DNA from: the human T2T-CHM13v2.0 reference genome, Homo sapiens
Reading direction: 5' to 3' (one strand)
Assembly: GCF_009914755.1 (NCBI RefSeq)
Contig: NC_060935.1
Length of the DNA stretch: 64,000 nt
The notes under the pieces are model-generated. The model had not been told where the DNA came from. It saw only the letters and a list, made by a program, of their open reading frames with translations, and did no database searches. The position numbers and the translations under genes are program-made. Shown here in pieces: positions 12,941 to 25,012 of the stretch; position 1 is the stretch's first letter; every line of letters starts with the position of its first letter.

Positions 12941-13372
12941 TGATAAAAGAAAAACTTCAGCCAAATTAAATTTAAAATAGTTTAATTGAGCAATGAACAA
13001 TTCATGAATTCGGCAGCCCTCAGAATCACAGCAGATTCACAGAGATTCCAGGGGTGCCTTGTGGTCAGAACAAATTTATAGACAAAAAAGGTAAAATGAC
13101 ATACAGGAATCGGAAGTGAGGGACAGAAACAGTAAGATAGGTTACAACTCGGCATTTGCCCTATTTGAACACAGTTTGAACATTCAGCAGTCTATCAGTG
13201 GTTGAAGTATGGCCACTGGGATTGGCCAACACTCAGTCATTGTTACAGGTGCATACTATTAAGTTAGGTTTTCAATTTTATCTGACTATTAAGTTAGGTT
13301 ACAGTTCATCCACAAAGACTCAAATATGGAAGTATGGGGTCCTTCTCAGACCATATTTAGTTTGCTTTAACA
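12941..13372 (-). mobile_element. MER57A1-like 3' LTR
   Basis: Minus strand reads TGTTAAAGCAAAC...TTTTATCA; preceded by polypurine tract aaaaggagggaat (13373-13385). Confidence 0.9.
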
Positions 13373-13746
13373 ATTCCCTCCTTTTGTCATTTTCTCGGTT
13401 TTGAGAGATTGACCAAAATCTTGGCCATTGATGTTACTATCACTATCGTAAATGTACTTAAATGGTTTTGAAATCCACTGGGAAACAGTAGAACAGTGGG
13501 TTTTGAAAGAAGGGAATAAGGACTGAGTAGAGGGTACCTCCTTATGCTGGAACATCCTGTTTACAGGAGAAAAACAAAACCTGGTCTGTTCTAGAATCTA
13601 TGTGTTTTCTTAAAGCCTTAGTTTGATTATGTCACATTTAGCATGAGTGACTCCATTTTAGTTTGGTTTGGTTTGTTGGGGTCTAGTGTATGAGCTCAGT
13701 CCAAAATAATGGTCTCCCATAATTTTGTTTACAAAAAAAAATCCCC

Positions 13747-14041
13747 GACCTGGCACGGTAGCTCAAGCCTGTAATCCCAACACTTTGGGAGGCCGAGGAG
13801 GGTGGATCACCTGAGGTCGGGAGTTCGAGACCAGCCTGACCAACATGGAGAAACCCTGTCTCTATCAAAAATACAAATTTAGCCAGTCATGGTGGTGGAT
13901 GCCTGTAATCCCAGATACTCAGGAGGCTGAGGTAAGAGATTTGCTTGAGCCTGGAGGCAGAGGTTGTGGTGAGCGGAGGTTGTGCCATTGCACTCCCGCC
14001 TGGGCAACAAGAGTGAAACTCTGTCCAAAAAAAAAAAAAAA
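13747..14041 (+). mobile_element. AluSp inserted in the provirus
   Basis: Sp-diagnostic cgggagttcgagaccagcctgaccaacatggagaaaccc and gggcaacaagag; poly-A tail. Confidence 0.9.
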
Positions 14042-17000
14042 CCCTTTTGGCCTTGGCCAAGTTCTCACGTAGGTGAGAGTGTGACCAAAACTTAGGGCCT
14101 TAGCGCCACTCTCAGTTACCATCATTTTGGGTTTCTGGTCTAAGCATGTGATTCATAGGTTATGGTGTCCTCATGGTCACACATTTCTTTCAGCTTTTGT
14201 CATTCCAGTTGAAAAGAAACCATTTGACATTCTAGAGATGGCTGCTTGCAAACATTTAAAACCTTTGAGAGAGTACAGTGCCCCAGAGAGACTATTATTA
14301 TAACTATTGGGAGGATAATGCAAGAGTTCGGAGTATGCTCCTTACCAAGGGTCCCCATAAACCAAACCACATAAAATTAAATAGATTAAAGAATGAGCTA
14401 GATGAAGAGTCTACTCGCTTGACTAAGTGGTCTTTTCATTAATCCTCCGCAACTGAAATTGTATAATTTACATTTGATGTACTTCTCCATAGGCCACAAC
14501 TGTCAGTAGCTGTGCAAGTACTTTTATGTTTAGCCAATTCTATTATTTAGCATATCTTTCACAAGAGAATTTAAAGTCTGTTGTCTGTGTATTGATGTAT
14601 TGATGTGTAAATTCTACTAGAGCTTATTGTGAGGGTGACATTTCTAATTATTGCCTATTTTATTCTAAACCATGAAAAAAGGACCTAACAAATGATGTCC
14701 TTCTAGAAGAGTGAAGGTCTCCTGGCAAGGTTCTCTCTAATCCATGATGTGGGTTAAGAGGTGTTTTGACTGATTATGAGGCAACATATGTACCCCCAAA
14801 GTTTCTCACCTACATTGGGCCTTCATCTTTTATCTATTAAAGTATATGGTAATTCATGTGTAAGGCTGGCTGCAAAATCCCTCACAAATAAAAATACACC
14901 CTATAAATAAATGCACATAATAGACCCCCTTTTCATTTCTATTGTTCAGAGACATAAACAAGGAAAATATATTCAAAGATAAGTCTCTCAATAGTAGAAG
15001 TCTTGATTAGTGATCTTGGGAAAAGCAGTTTACATCAAGGATGCCATCTTCTTCTGGGGAGAAACTTTCCTGGTTAGTTTTACCTTAAGGGTTCCAATGT
15101 ATGTACAGTTCTAGGAGTGTGGAGGGACCCTTCTCCATTGTGAGATTATGAACCCAAGGTTCAAGGCTCCAAAGTTTTGCTGTAGTGTGGATGGTAGAGA
15201 TAGTCTTTTTCTGATGTTCTCAGAAGATCCTACCTTCAGGCTCTAGATCATGAAGGGATTGTCCTTAGTGAACCATGAAAAGATTTTTTTACTAGGTGAA
15301 AATACACTGTTGCACAATAATCTACTGTTGTAACATCAGCCCTCTTGCATGGGAAAGCTTTTATACAAACAGAAAACATGCATTGAAAATGACAATTGAA
15401 TGAAATCCCTTTATAAATGTTAAATGGTCCATCAGGTAGCCAAATGTACCTGAAGCTTTGATTGTCTTCCCAGGACTATGGAACCAAACATTGGTTTTAA
15501 ACTATTTCCACAATTTATGTCACCACATCAATATACTCAATTTGGGTTATTTTATCTTTTCCATGACAAGTCATGGAATGCAGAACCTTTAATAACAAAA
15601 GCTTTAAGGAATCAGGAAGGACAAGGTGGCTGTCCTGGTTCTTCATGAGTGCATGCTTAACACTAGGCTTATGTCCTCTTGAATACCAGTTGTTTCTTCA
15701 ATTTAGGTGGGTTATCAGAGGTAATTTGACTTAGACCATGGAGTTCATTCAAACTGCATATTTAAACAATTTTAGTATTGACCAATTTAGCATGATAATC
15801 TAGAGTTTGATTTTGAAAGGTTTGTTAAATAACAAAATTTTAAACATTGGATATTACAAAATAGAATCTTAGGTTACTATAAGTCATTCATTTAGCCAAA
15901 ACGATAGCTCAAAAATTTTTTAAAGGAAAAAACATTATTCTGATAGAGAGGAGACTCAGCTTTCCAAACAAGACCCAATGGAGATAGCATGAGGCCAACT
16001 GACTCTGTCTCCTTTCTTTCCCTTTCCCCCTTTTTCTTTTGTAGTTTACTTAAAAGGTAAATGAAAACGTTTCGTTATCTTTTAATACTACATAAAAATC
16101 CTTTTTAAAAGAGAAAACAAAATTTTATATTTCCATTGGTGTATTTGTAGTTGTAAAGCTAGTTTGTTTTTTAATAACATTTTATAAATCTATTCAGTTT
16201 AGTTAGTTTGACCATATGGTAAGATTTTTATAAACCTTTTATAACCCTTTACAATTTTTTTTTCAAAGCAGGACAATGTTGTAAGCAAACTCTGTTGTCC
16301 TTTTCTTCCAATGTCCAATTTATGGGAAAAAACTGAATAATGCCATTTAACTTTAGCCAATAGGTTCACACATAGAATTTTTATATAAACATTACACACA
16401 ACACATATATAATTACACAGACAGACAGAAGAATATTACTACAGTAGTTGTAAGATTTTTCATTTGTCAATTTTTAAGTTTCTTAATTGATTATTGGCTT
16501 TAGGTTGGAGCCCTTGGAAAAAAAGGCCAGGAAAGGGGTTTCTGGTGCCTCCTGTTTTTCCCAAGGAGACCAGGCTGTTAGAGCTTGAATATCTGCTTTT
16601 AATTAAGCTGACTTTTAACCATAGCACTCTTTAATAACATCCTTTAAAAATTTTTTATTACCCAATTTTAGCCAGGCCAAACAGCCAATATTTCTGGCTG
16701 TTGAACTTTACCAAAGGTAACCTCCCAGGTGCTCAGAGAAAGGAAAACTTAAGATAGTACATGGAGGAGAAGAGACTAGACAAAGTCATGCAGATATTAA
16801 ACCAAAAAGGACCTACTTCCTAAGCAGGGAATCAAACCCTGACCATCAGCGTGAAGAGTGAAAACCTTAACTACAGGACAGAGTAATATCTACTATATTT
16901 CCCAGAAGAAATCTGTAGTAGTTAATTTTGATCTTGAAAAGGGCTTTAACTACTCAAGATGATTTTTAGAGCTAACTATGACATAAAACCTAAAATTCCT

Positions 17001-18418
17001 GTTCTCTGGAAGGTAGAGACCAAAAGAAAGTACTGCCTCATGGTTACAAGGTCAAGCTCCTGAGGACATAAAATAAGATAGAGATAAACAGTGATTTTTA
17101 CCATTCATTCAAACATTTGCACAGAGAGAGAGAAGCCAGAAACCTGACTAGTAAGAAATTCTTACCCTTTTGCTGGCACACCAGGCTTCTGGGTTCCCTT
17201 TTCCTGAGCGGCCCTAGTGACTCAGCTTGCTACACCATCTTACTGGGGCCAAGCCACATCATAAAGGAAAATTGTTCTGGCCAGAGTAAAATATGTGCGA
17301 CAAAATATAGTCATTAGCTACTCTGATTAGCACCCAATGTCAAACTGGCAAGGCTCAAACTTGCCCCTGCTTGGGCCCCATCATTGTTAATCCAACCTCT
17401 GACCAGGAGTTTTAACCTGTGATCTCTGGGCAATATGGTCTCCCTGAGTAATAGAAAAGATAAGAAAGGGAAAGGAGAGTGAGAAAAGCATTGCCTGTGG
17501 CAGAGTGGGGAAGGCGAAATGATCAGGGAGGCCAGAGAAAGAGTCACCCATTGCAGTGACAGTGAAAAGTTCAGGTGGCTGCTTCTCAGTAGCAAAGGGA
17601 TCTTTTCCAGCAGTCCCATCATCTCTCAAGTTTCCCCTTTTAGGGAGGGAAAAGTTCCCCATATTCCACAAACCTGTACATGTCTCATCCTGACACCCAC
17701 AGCCATTGGCAAAGAATGCAAGGCAGATTCTCCCAAAGAGAATAGCAGTTGAGTTGACATGCTGTAGTGCCAAATCCATTCTTAGCCAAAACGGACTTTA
17801 CTGAGAGCCCTCATTTTTTAAATGTACTTCAATGCATTGTTGTTCACTTCCACTGTAATTTATCTTTAGTAAGATTTTGCCATTTCTGTAAGATTTCGCT
17901 GCCTCCCAGGCCTAAAATATAAGCCAGAAGGAATTCAGTCTTCCAGAAATTAAGGAGCACAGTTTTACCTAAAATATTGGCTTCACACTCAGGTTCTCTT
18001 GATTAACTTAGCCAATGATTTTTTCCTACCTAAGCATGCAAGAAAAATGAAACAAAGGGGTATAACACAAAAATCCCTGTGAATTTTCAAAAGCCAAATT
18101 TTGTAACCCCTGCAATATTACTGCTTACTACCAAGTCCTTTTTGACCCAGTCAGATGTAAGAGGCCTCTGATTGGATCTAAGCCAGTTAATTCCCAGATC
18201 AAATCTGTTCCTGGACCCAATCCAGTTTCTGTAACTACTCCAAACCCAGTTTGGATTAGAAATTTGCTCAAAGAAACTTGGAGAGATGAAAACACAAATC
18301 CGTGGAGCTCAGAAATCCAAGAGGGAGCTTACCCAGGATCCCCAACTGCTCTGAGAGATCAATGGACACAAGTGGGTCATGCAGTGGTCCTGGGGGGCTG
18401 CTAGAAGTTCCACTTCGG

Positions 18419-18436
18419 ATCCCGCTTCTGACACCA
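18419..18436 (-). other. Retroviral primer-binding site, tRNA-Leu(CAA)
   Basis: TGGTGTCAGAAGCGGGAT, 2 nt after the 5' LTR; 17/18 complementary to the recalled tRNA-Leu-CAA 3' end ATCCCACTTCTGACACCA. Confidence 0.85.
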
Positions 18437-18438
18437 AC

Positions 18439-18869
18439 TGACAAAAGAAAAACTTCAATTGAATTAAATTTAAAGGAGTTTAATTGAGCAATAAACGATT
18501 CGTGAATCGGGCAGCCCCCAGAATCACAACAGATCCACAGAGACTCCAGGGGTGCCTTGTGGTCAGAACAAATTTATAGACAAAAAAGGTAAAGTGACAT
18601 ACAGGAATCGGAAGTGAGGTATAGAAACGGTGAGATTGGTCACAGTTCAGCATTTGCCTTATTTGAATGCAGTTTGGACATCCAGCAGTCTGTGAGTGTT
18701 TGAAGTTTGGCTGCTGGGATTGGCCAACACTCAGCCATTGTTACAGGTGCATACTATTAAGTCAGGTTTTCAATTTTGTCTAACTATTAAACTAGGTTAC
18801 AGTTCATCCACAAGGACTCAACTATGGAAGTAGGGAGTCCTCAGGACCCATACTTAGTTTGCTTTAACA
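18439..18869 (-). mobile_element. MER57A1-like 5' LTR
   Basis: Direct repeat of 12941-13372, about 12% diverged by hand count; followed by the PBS. Confidence 0.9.
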
Positions 18870-18873
18870 ACAG

Positions 18874-19095
18874 TTAAGACTACAGTTCTGGTACCCTACA
18901 ATCTCCTCAGCCTGAATCCAAACTCTGCCACATAGCATTTGCAGGGCTTATGGCAATTTACTTAACCTGTCTATACTTCAGTTTATCTGCAAAAGAGAGC
19001 TGATAATAAAGACACTATCTCCTACAACTGTCATGAATATTAAATGGAATGATCATTCAAGGGAATAAGCAAACAAAAATTATTTAGTGCTATTG
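18874..19095 (+). mobile_element. MIR SINE (probable target of the provirus insertion)
   Basis: ggcaatttacttaacctgtctatacttcagtttatctgcaaaa core; the extreme 5' end appears to lie left of the provirus (~12915-12940). Confidence 0.65.
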
Positions 19096-19369
19096 AACTG
19101 TGGTTTTAAAATTTGCCATGGTACTTCACTTCTCATCTATTTTGTTCTCCCATTTTAAGTATGGGAGAAAAAATTATATTATTATAAGTTTTATATTATT
19201 TTAAGTTTTATATTATATTATTATAATATATATTATACTTATATTATTATAAGTTTTAAGTGCTCAAGTTTGTTAACTTTACTAGGAATTCCAACAGTTA
19301 TAACCCTTATGCCAAAAAGTTGTTTCATTGCTTATTAGTTTTTTGTGAGACATAGACTATTGAGTTGTA

Positions 19370-19670
19370 CCACAGTTAAGTCACCTCCTACGTGAAATCA
19401 TCTTTAACCACTCTTCCCTGATCCTAGCCCAACCCAGTTATAATTAATTATTTCCTCCTCTGGTTTCCCACGACACATCATTAATTCTCTCATAATAGCA
19501 GACATTGTAGCCGTATAGCCCAATTATAATTTTAAAAGTTTGTTTCCCACACACTCAGGTAGCTCTCCAAGATAGTGACTCTGTCTCACTCACTCTGTTT
19601 CCCTAGTGCCTCACAAACTTTCCAGCACATGGCATGTCAATGATGTCTAAACCATGACTGAGTGAATAAT
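19370..19670 (+). mobile_element. L2 LINE 3' end
   Basis: tcacctcctacgtgaaatcatct...gtttccctagtgcctcaca...gactgagtgaat. Confidence 0.55.
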
Positions 19671-19689
19671 AGAGTTCCATTTGGGACAC

Positions 19690-21600
19690 TGAGGATAAAA
19701 TAACTTTGAACAGGGCCAAATGTAGGAAATGCAAAACAGATATCCATAAGCCATAGGCAGTGAACCACATGGACAAATATTTGAAACAATGACTTTTAGA
19801 CATTGGACAATAGGCAGCAAAACAAATGAGGTAAGCCCTACAGATTCCCAGATGTTCACTTTGCAGACTGTGGTTCAAAGGGAAGAATCCAGAGCCTAGG
19901 AGACTCACTTAGTTGAAAAGAGGAATCAAAGAGCCCTGGAGATCTGCATAAAGGTATCCTTGAATCTTTAATTGAGTACTTAGCTGCAGACCTGAGAATG
20001 AAGCCACAAAGACTGGGGAATCACCAGAAAGCAAGAAGTCGAAAACTCCTCATAAAAAGCTGAGAATAGTTTGTGTTCTTACTAGCCAGAATGGAAAGAT
20101 ATTATAATACCTTGATCATTAAGTAGAATCCTCAGGACATCACCTTAGTATAAGAGCAAAATTATCCCCAGATTACAGGCTGCTCTAAAGTGGCAATTTT
20201 AAAAGCTTAAATCAAGTCTCAAAATAATAAAATTGATTTCAATACCTTAACTGGTTGTCAAAATAAAGTCTCAGCCTATTTAAAAATATGAGAAAAAAAT
20301 CACACCGAACAATGTAAAATTTGTAATGTCTAGCATGCAATAAAAATATACTGGAAATGTAAAAAAGTAGAAATGTCTGACACATAACCAGGAGAAATAT
20401 CATCCAATAAAAACAGACACAAAAAAGACAGAGGTGATAAAGTTAGCAGACAAGGACATAAAAACAGATATTATAAATAAACTCTACATGTTCAAGAAAA
20501 TAGAGGAAAACTTGAAAGTAATGAAGAGATAAATGGAGGATAATAAAAAATGATCCAAGTAAAACTTCTAGAGAAGGCTACAATGAAAAATATATTGGGA
20601 GGCATTAACACAAAATTAGACACTAACAAAGAAATGATCGGCAAACTTGGCACATAGCAAAAAGCTATCCAAAATAAATATTAGCAACCTGTGAAACAAT
20701 ATCAAGCAGTTAACATACATATGATTAGAAAACAGATTTGAATTAATTGTACTCAAAGCTATTCCAAATTTGATAAAAATTATAAATGCATAGATCCAAG
20801 AACCCCAGAGTAAAAATAAACAAAACCATACCAAAGCACATCATAATCAACATACTGAAAACTAGTGATTTTTTAAAAGTCTTAAAAGCACTCAGAACTT
20901 CAGAACTTCCCTTCAAAAAACAGTTACATAGACAGGAACAAAGAGAAGAATGAATGCAAACTTTTCATTAGCTACTTATGCAAGTCAGTAGACAAATGAA
21001 CAATACTTTTAAGGTATTGAAAGAAATAAACTATCAACTTAGAAATCTATTCCAAGAAAAAATATCTTTCAAAAATTAAGATAAAATAAAGAATTTATTA
21101 GATAACCAAAATCTAAGATAATTCACCACCAACAGACATGTACTGCAAAAAACATTAAAACAAGTTCTTCAAGCAAGAAGAAATGATACCAAATGCTAAT
21201 TTTTATCTGCATAAAAGAACAAAAAGCACTGGAAATGATACATATGTGAGTAAACATATAAGATTTTTTCAATTTTTTAATTTCTAAAAAAGAAAATTGA
21301 CTGTGTAAATATGAAGGATAATAATATATTGTTGAGTTTATAACACATGTAGAGTAAAATGTATGACAAAAACAGCATAAAAAATGAGAGAGAGAAAACA
21401 AAAGTACACTGTTGTAAGGTTCTCAGACCATTATAACATAATGGATATGTTATTTAAAGGTAGACTGTAGTAATGCAAATATACAATTTGTGAACCCTAG
21501 AGCAAGCACTAAACTAAAATAAGTAAACAAATAAATAAATGAAATAGAGATTTAACTAAGAAATCATAAGTGCATTTGAAAACGAACTATAAAAGTTACT
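19690..21600 (+). mobile_element. Ancient L1MC/L1MD 5' region and ORF1 remnants
   Basis: A-rich L1 5'/ORF1 motifs (attccaaatttgataaaaattataaat, cacatcataatcaa); similar to 58384-59530. Confidence 0.7.
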
Positions 21601-21604
21601 AATT

Positions 21605-23577
21605 CCCAGGAACTGGAGATGGGCCCACTCACTCTGCTGCCAACACTGCCACATACACCCATTCACATGTGCCACCTACGAACCTGGAGACTGCCTTGCC
21701 CAGCCCATCACTGCCACTGCTAACATTAGCAAGTGCCACCTGGGAGCCTAAGGGTTATCCTACCACTGCTATTCCCATCACCCATGCGGGGTATGACGTC
21801 CAGGGACCTCAGGACCCACCCACACAACTGGCACACTGCTACAACTGCCAGTACACAAACAAGCTTTTTGGAGGCCCAAGAATTGGCCCACCTGGATCCA
21901 GTAACACCAGTGCCTGTATATGCCACTGAGTGGCCCTAGGTCAAGCACACTCCGCCTGCCACTGATACACTGGGGCTTGAGAACTGGCCCACTTGGCATA
22001 CCTATCCCCATCAATGCCTCACGACAGCTTCTACTAACAACCTCAGCCAAGCCACTGAGGAAATCACAGATTCCTCTGATGCTATTCACAGCTGAAGAAA
22101 TCATACAGAGACTACACTATTGCATGCACTCAGAATCAAAGCTAAAGTACCTTTGCCAACCAACAACTTTAACATATCTTCAGGAAAAATCCTTCTTCTA
22201 TGAAAGTTAATCCAAAAACTGAAAAGAGCAATTGTTACATAAGGTGCACAAATATCAATATAAGGACAAGAGAAACATGAAAAAGCAAGAAAATATGACA
22301 CCACCAAAAGATCACAATAATTCTCAGCAAGAGATTTCAATCCGGAAAAATTTACAAATTCCTAGAAAAATAATTCAAAATATTAATCTTGAAGAAGCTC
22401 TGAGAGGTCCAAGAAAATATTGAAAAACCAAATAGAAGAAAGAATCTCAGAAGTTGAAAACAGGTCTCTTAAAATGACCCAGCCAGAAAACAATTTTAAA
22501 TAATGAATAAAAAAGGATGACCAAAGCCTGCATGACATATGAGACACCATAAAGTGACCAAGTATTCAAATTTTGGGGGTCCCAGAAGGCAAAGAGAAAA
22601 CTAAAGGGTTAGAAAACCTATTTAACAAGATAATAGATTAAAACTTCCCAAGCCTAGCAAAAGATGTAGACATCCAGATTGAGGAAGCCCAGAGATCTTC
22701 AAAAATATACTGTTCAAAAAGGTCTTCTCAACAGCACATTGTAGTCAAAATGTCAAAAGTCAAAGACAAATAGAATTCTGAACTACAGCAAGAGAAAAGT
22801 ATCTAGTCACCTGTAAATGAATCCCCATCAGGCTAACAGTAAATTTCTAGCAGAATCCTTACATGACAGGAGAGAATGGGATAATATAGTCAAAGTACTA
22901 AAAGGAAAAAAATTGTCAGTCAAGGATACTAATCTCAGCAAAATTATCCTTCATAAATAACGGAGAAAAAAAGACTTTCTCAGACAAGCAAATGTTAAGG
23001 GAATTCATCACCACTAGACCTACGAGAAATGCCTAAGAGAATCCTATGTCTGGAAGTGAAAGAAAAATATCCACCATCATAAAAACACACAACATAAAAC
23101 CCATTAATAGAGCAAATATATAAACAAGGAAGAGAAAATGATAACACTACAGAAAACCACCAAACCACAGTGATAGACAAGAGGAGAGAAAGGAACAAAG
23201 TATATACAAAACAATCAGATATCAATCAACAAAATGACAGGAATAAGCCCTCACATATCAATAATAACCTTAAATAAAAATGGATTAAATTTTCCGCTCA
23301 AAAGACACAGGCTTGCAGAATGGATTAAAAAAATATGACCCACCGGGATACTCATCTCATCTGTAAGGCCACATATAGACTGAAAGTAAAGGGATGGAAA
23401 AAGATGTTCCACGCAAATAGAAACCAAAATCAAGCAGTGGTAGCTATACTTATATCAGATACAGCAGACTTTAAGCCAAAAACCATACAAAGAAACAAAG
23501 AAGGTCATAATATACTGATAAAGGGATCAATTCAGCAAGAGGATATAACAATGCTAAACATACATTCACCCAACACT
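21605..23577 (+). mobile_element. Old L1 (L1PB/L1M1-like) 5'UTR, ORF1 and ORF2 endonuclease start
   Basis: GC-richer repetitive 5'UTR; ORF2 start atgacaggaataagccctcac at 23234; ORF 23335-23646 contains EN residues LKVKGWKKMFHAN...KEGHNILIKGSIQQEDIT. Confidence 0.8.
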
Positions 23578-24727
23578 GACCCTAAAGAAATGAAGATCTA
23601 TGCACTTCCTGATAACAATAAAAATAATCCTCTTAAAGAAGCTTAGTGAGCTACAAAATAACACAGTCAACTAAACAAATCTTAAAAAACAATATATGAA
23701 CAAATTAAAAATTTAATAAAGAGATAAAAACCCATAAAAAAAGAAATTCTGAAGCTAAAGAGCACAATAACTGAATTTTAAAATTTCATAAAGAGTCTCA
23801 ATAACAGACTCAATTAAGCAGAAAAAAATAATCTTTGAGCAAAAGGCAGGACATTTGAAATTAATCGGTTGGAGGAACCAAAAGAAAACAGAATGAAAAA
23901 CAGTTAAAAAAAAAAAAAAAAAAAAAAAAAAGCCTGTGGGACTTATGGGACAACATCAAGCAAACCAATATATGCATTATGGAAGTTCCAGATGGAACAG
24001 AGAAAGAAAAGAGGGCAGAAGCCTTTTGTAAAAAAATAATGACTAAAACTTCTAAAATCTGGAGAGAGAAATGAACACCCAGATCCATGAAGTCCGAAGA
24101 ACTTCTTTATAAGAAATCATAATGGGAGTTCTTCAAGTTGAAAGAAAAGGACTCTAACAACATGAAAATATATGAAGTATATAACCCATTATAAAGGTAG
24201 GAATATAAATAGATTAAATACAAAGAGATCTTTAACAACACACATTATGATCAAATTTTCAAAAGCCAAAGACAGAGAATTTTGAAAGCACCAAGAGATA
24301 AGCAGTTCATCACATATGAGAGAACATAAGATTATCAGTAGATTTCTAAGAAACCTTGCTGGCCAGGAAACAATAGAAATGATATATTCAACATGCAAAA
24401 AGAAAAAAACATTTTAACCAAGAATACTATACCTGAAAACGCTGTCCTTCAGAATTGGAGGAGAGATTAGGACTTTCCCAGAACAACAACAAAAAGCTAC
24501 AAGAGTTCATCACCACTAGGCTTGCTTTACAAGAAATGTTAAAGGGAATTCTTCAAGTTGAAATAAAAGCACTCTTAACAACATGAAAATATATGAAATA
24601 TAAAGCTCATTATAAAGGTAAAAATATAGTCAAATCCTGAATACTTTAACACTGTAATGGTGGTGCATAAATCACTTTTAACTCTAGTATAAAATTAAAA
24701 GACAAATATATTAAAAATAACTGTAAC

Positions 24728-25012
24728 TTCCTGTGTCCATGTGTTCTCATTGTTCAATTCCCACCTATGAGTGAGAACACGCGGTGTTTGGTTTTTTGTC
24801 CTTGCGATAGTTTGCTGAGAATGATGGTTTCCAGTTTCATCTATGTCCCTACAAAGGACATGAACTCATCATTTTTTATGGCTGCATAGTAATGCTAAAT
24901 GACAAGTTAATGGGTGCAGCACACCAACATGGCACATGTATACATATGTAACAAACCTGCACGTTGTGCACATGTACCCTAAAACTTAAAGTATAATAAT
25001 AATAAAATTAAA
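24728..25012 (+). mobile_element. 5'-truncated, 5'-inverted L1PA3/4 3' end (twin priming)
   Basis: 24728-24891 is antisense 3'UTR, 24890-25012 is sense 3'UTR plus A tail; TSD aaaataactgtaac / aaaaaaactataac. Confidence 0.92.

Larger units (their letters stand above)
12941..18869 (-). mobile_element. Complete MER57A-type endogenous retrovirus (LTR-internal-LTR), non-coding
   Basis: Two ~432-bp direct repeats (12941-13372, 18439-18869), 4-bp TSD ACAG (12937-12940, 18870-18873), PBS and PPT correctly placed; no long ORF in the internal region. Confidence 0.9.

Noticed and set aside
17117-17779. Cluster of 66-130 aa ORFs in the MER57 internal region as gag
   Set aside because: No recognisable capsid or zinc-knuckle motif; overlapping short ORFs on both strands
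19170-19258. AT-rich (TATTA)-type repeat
   Set aside because: Ordinary low-complexity slippage tract
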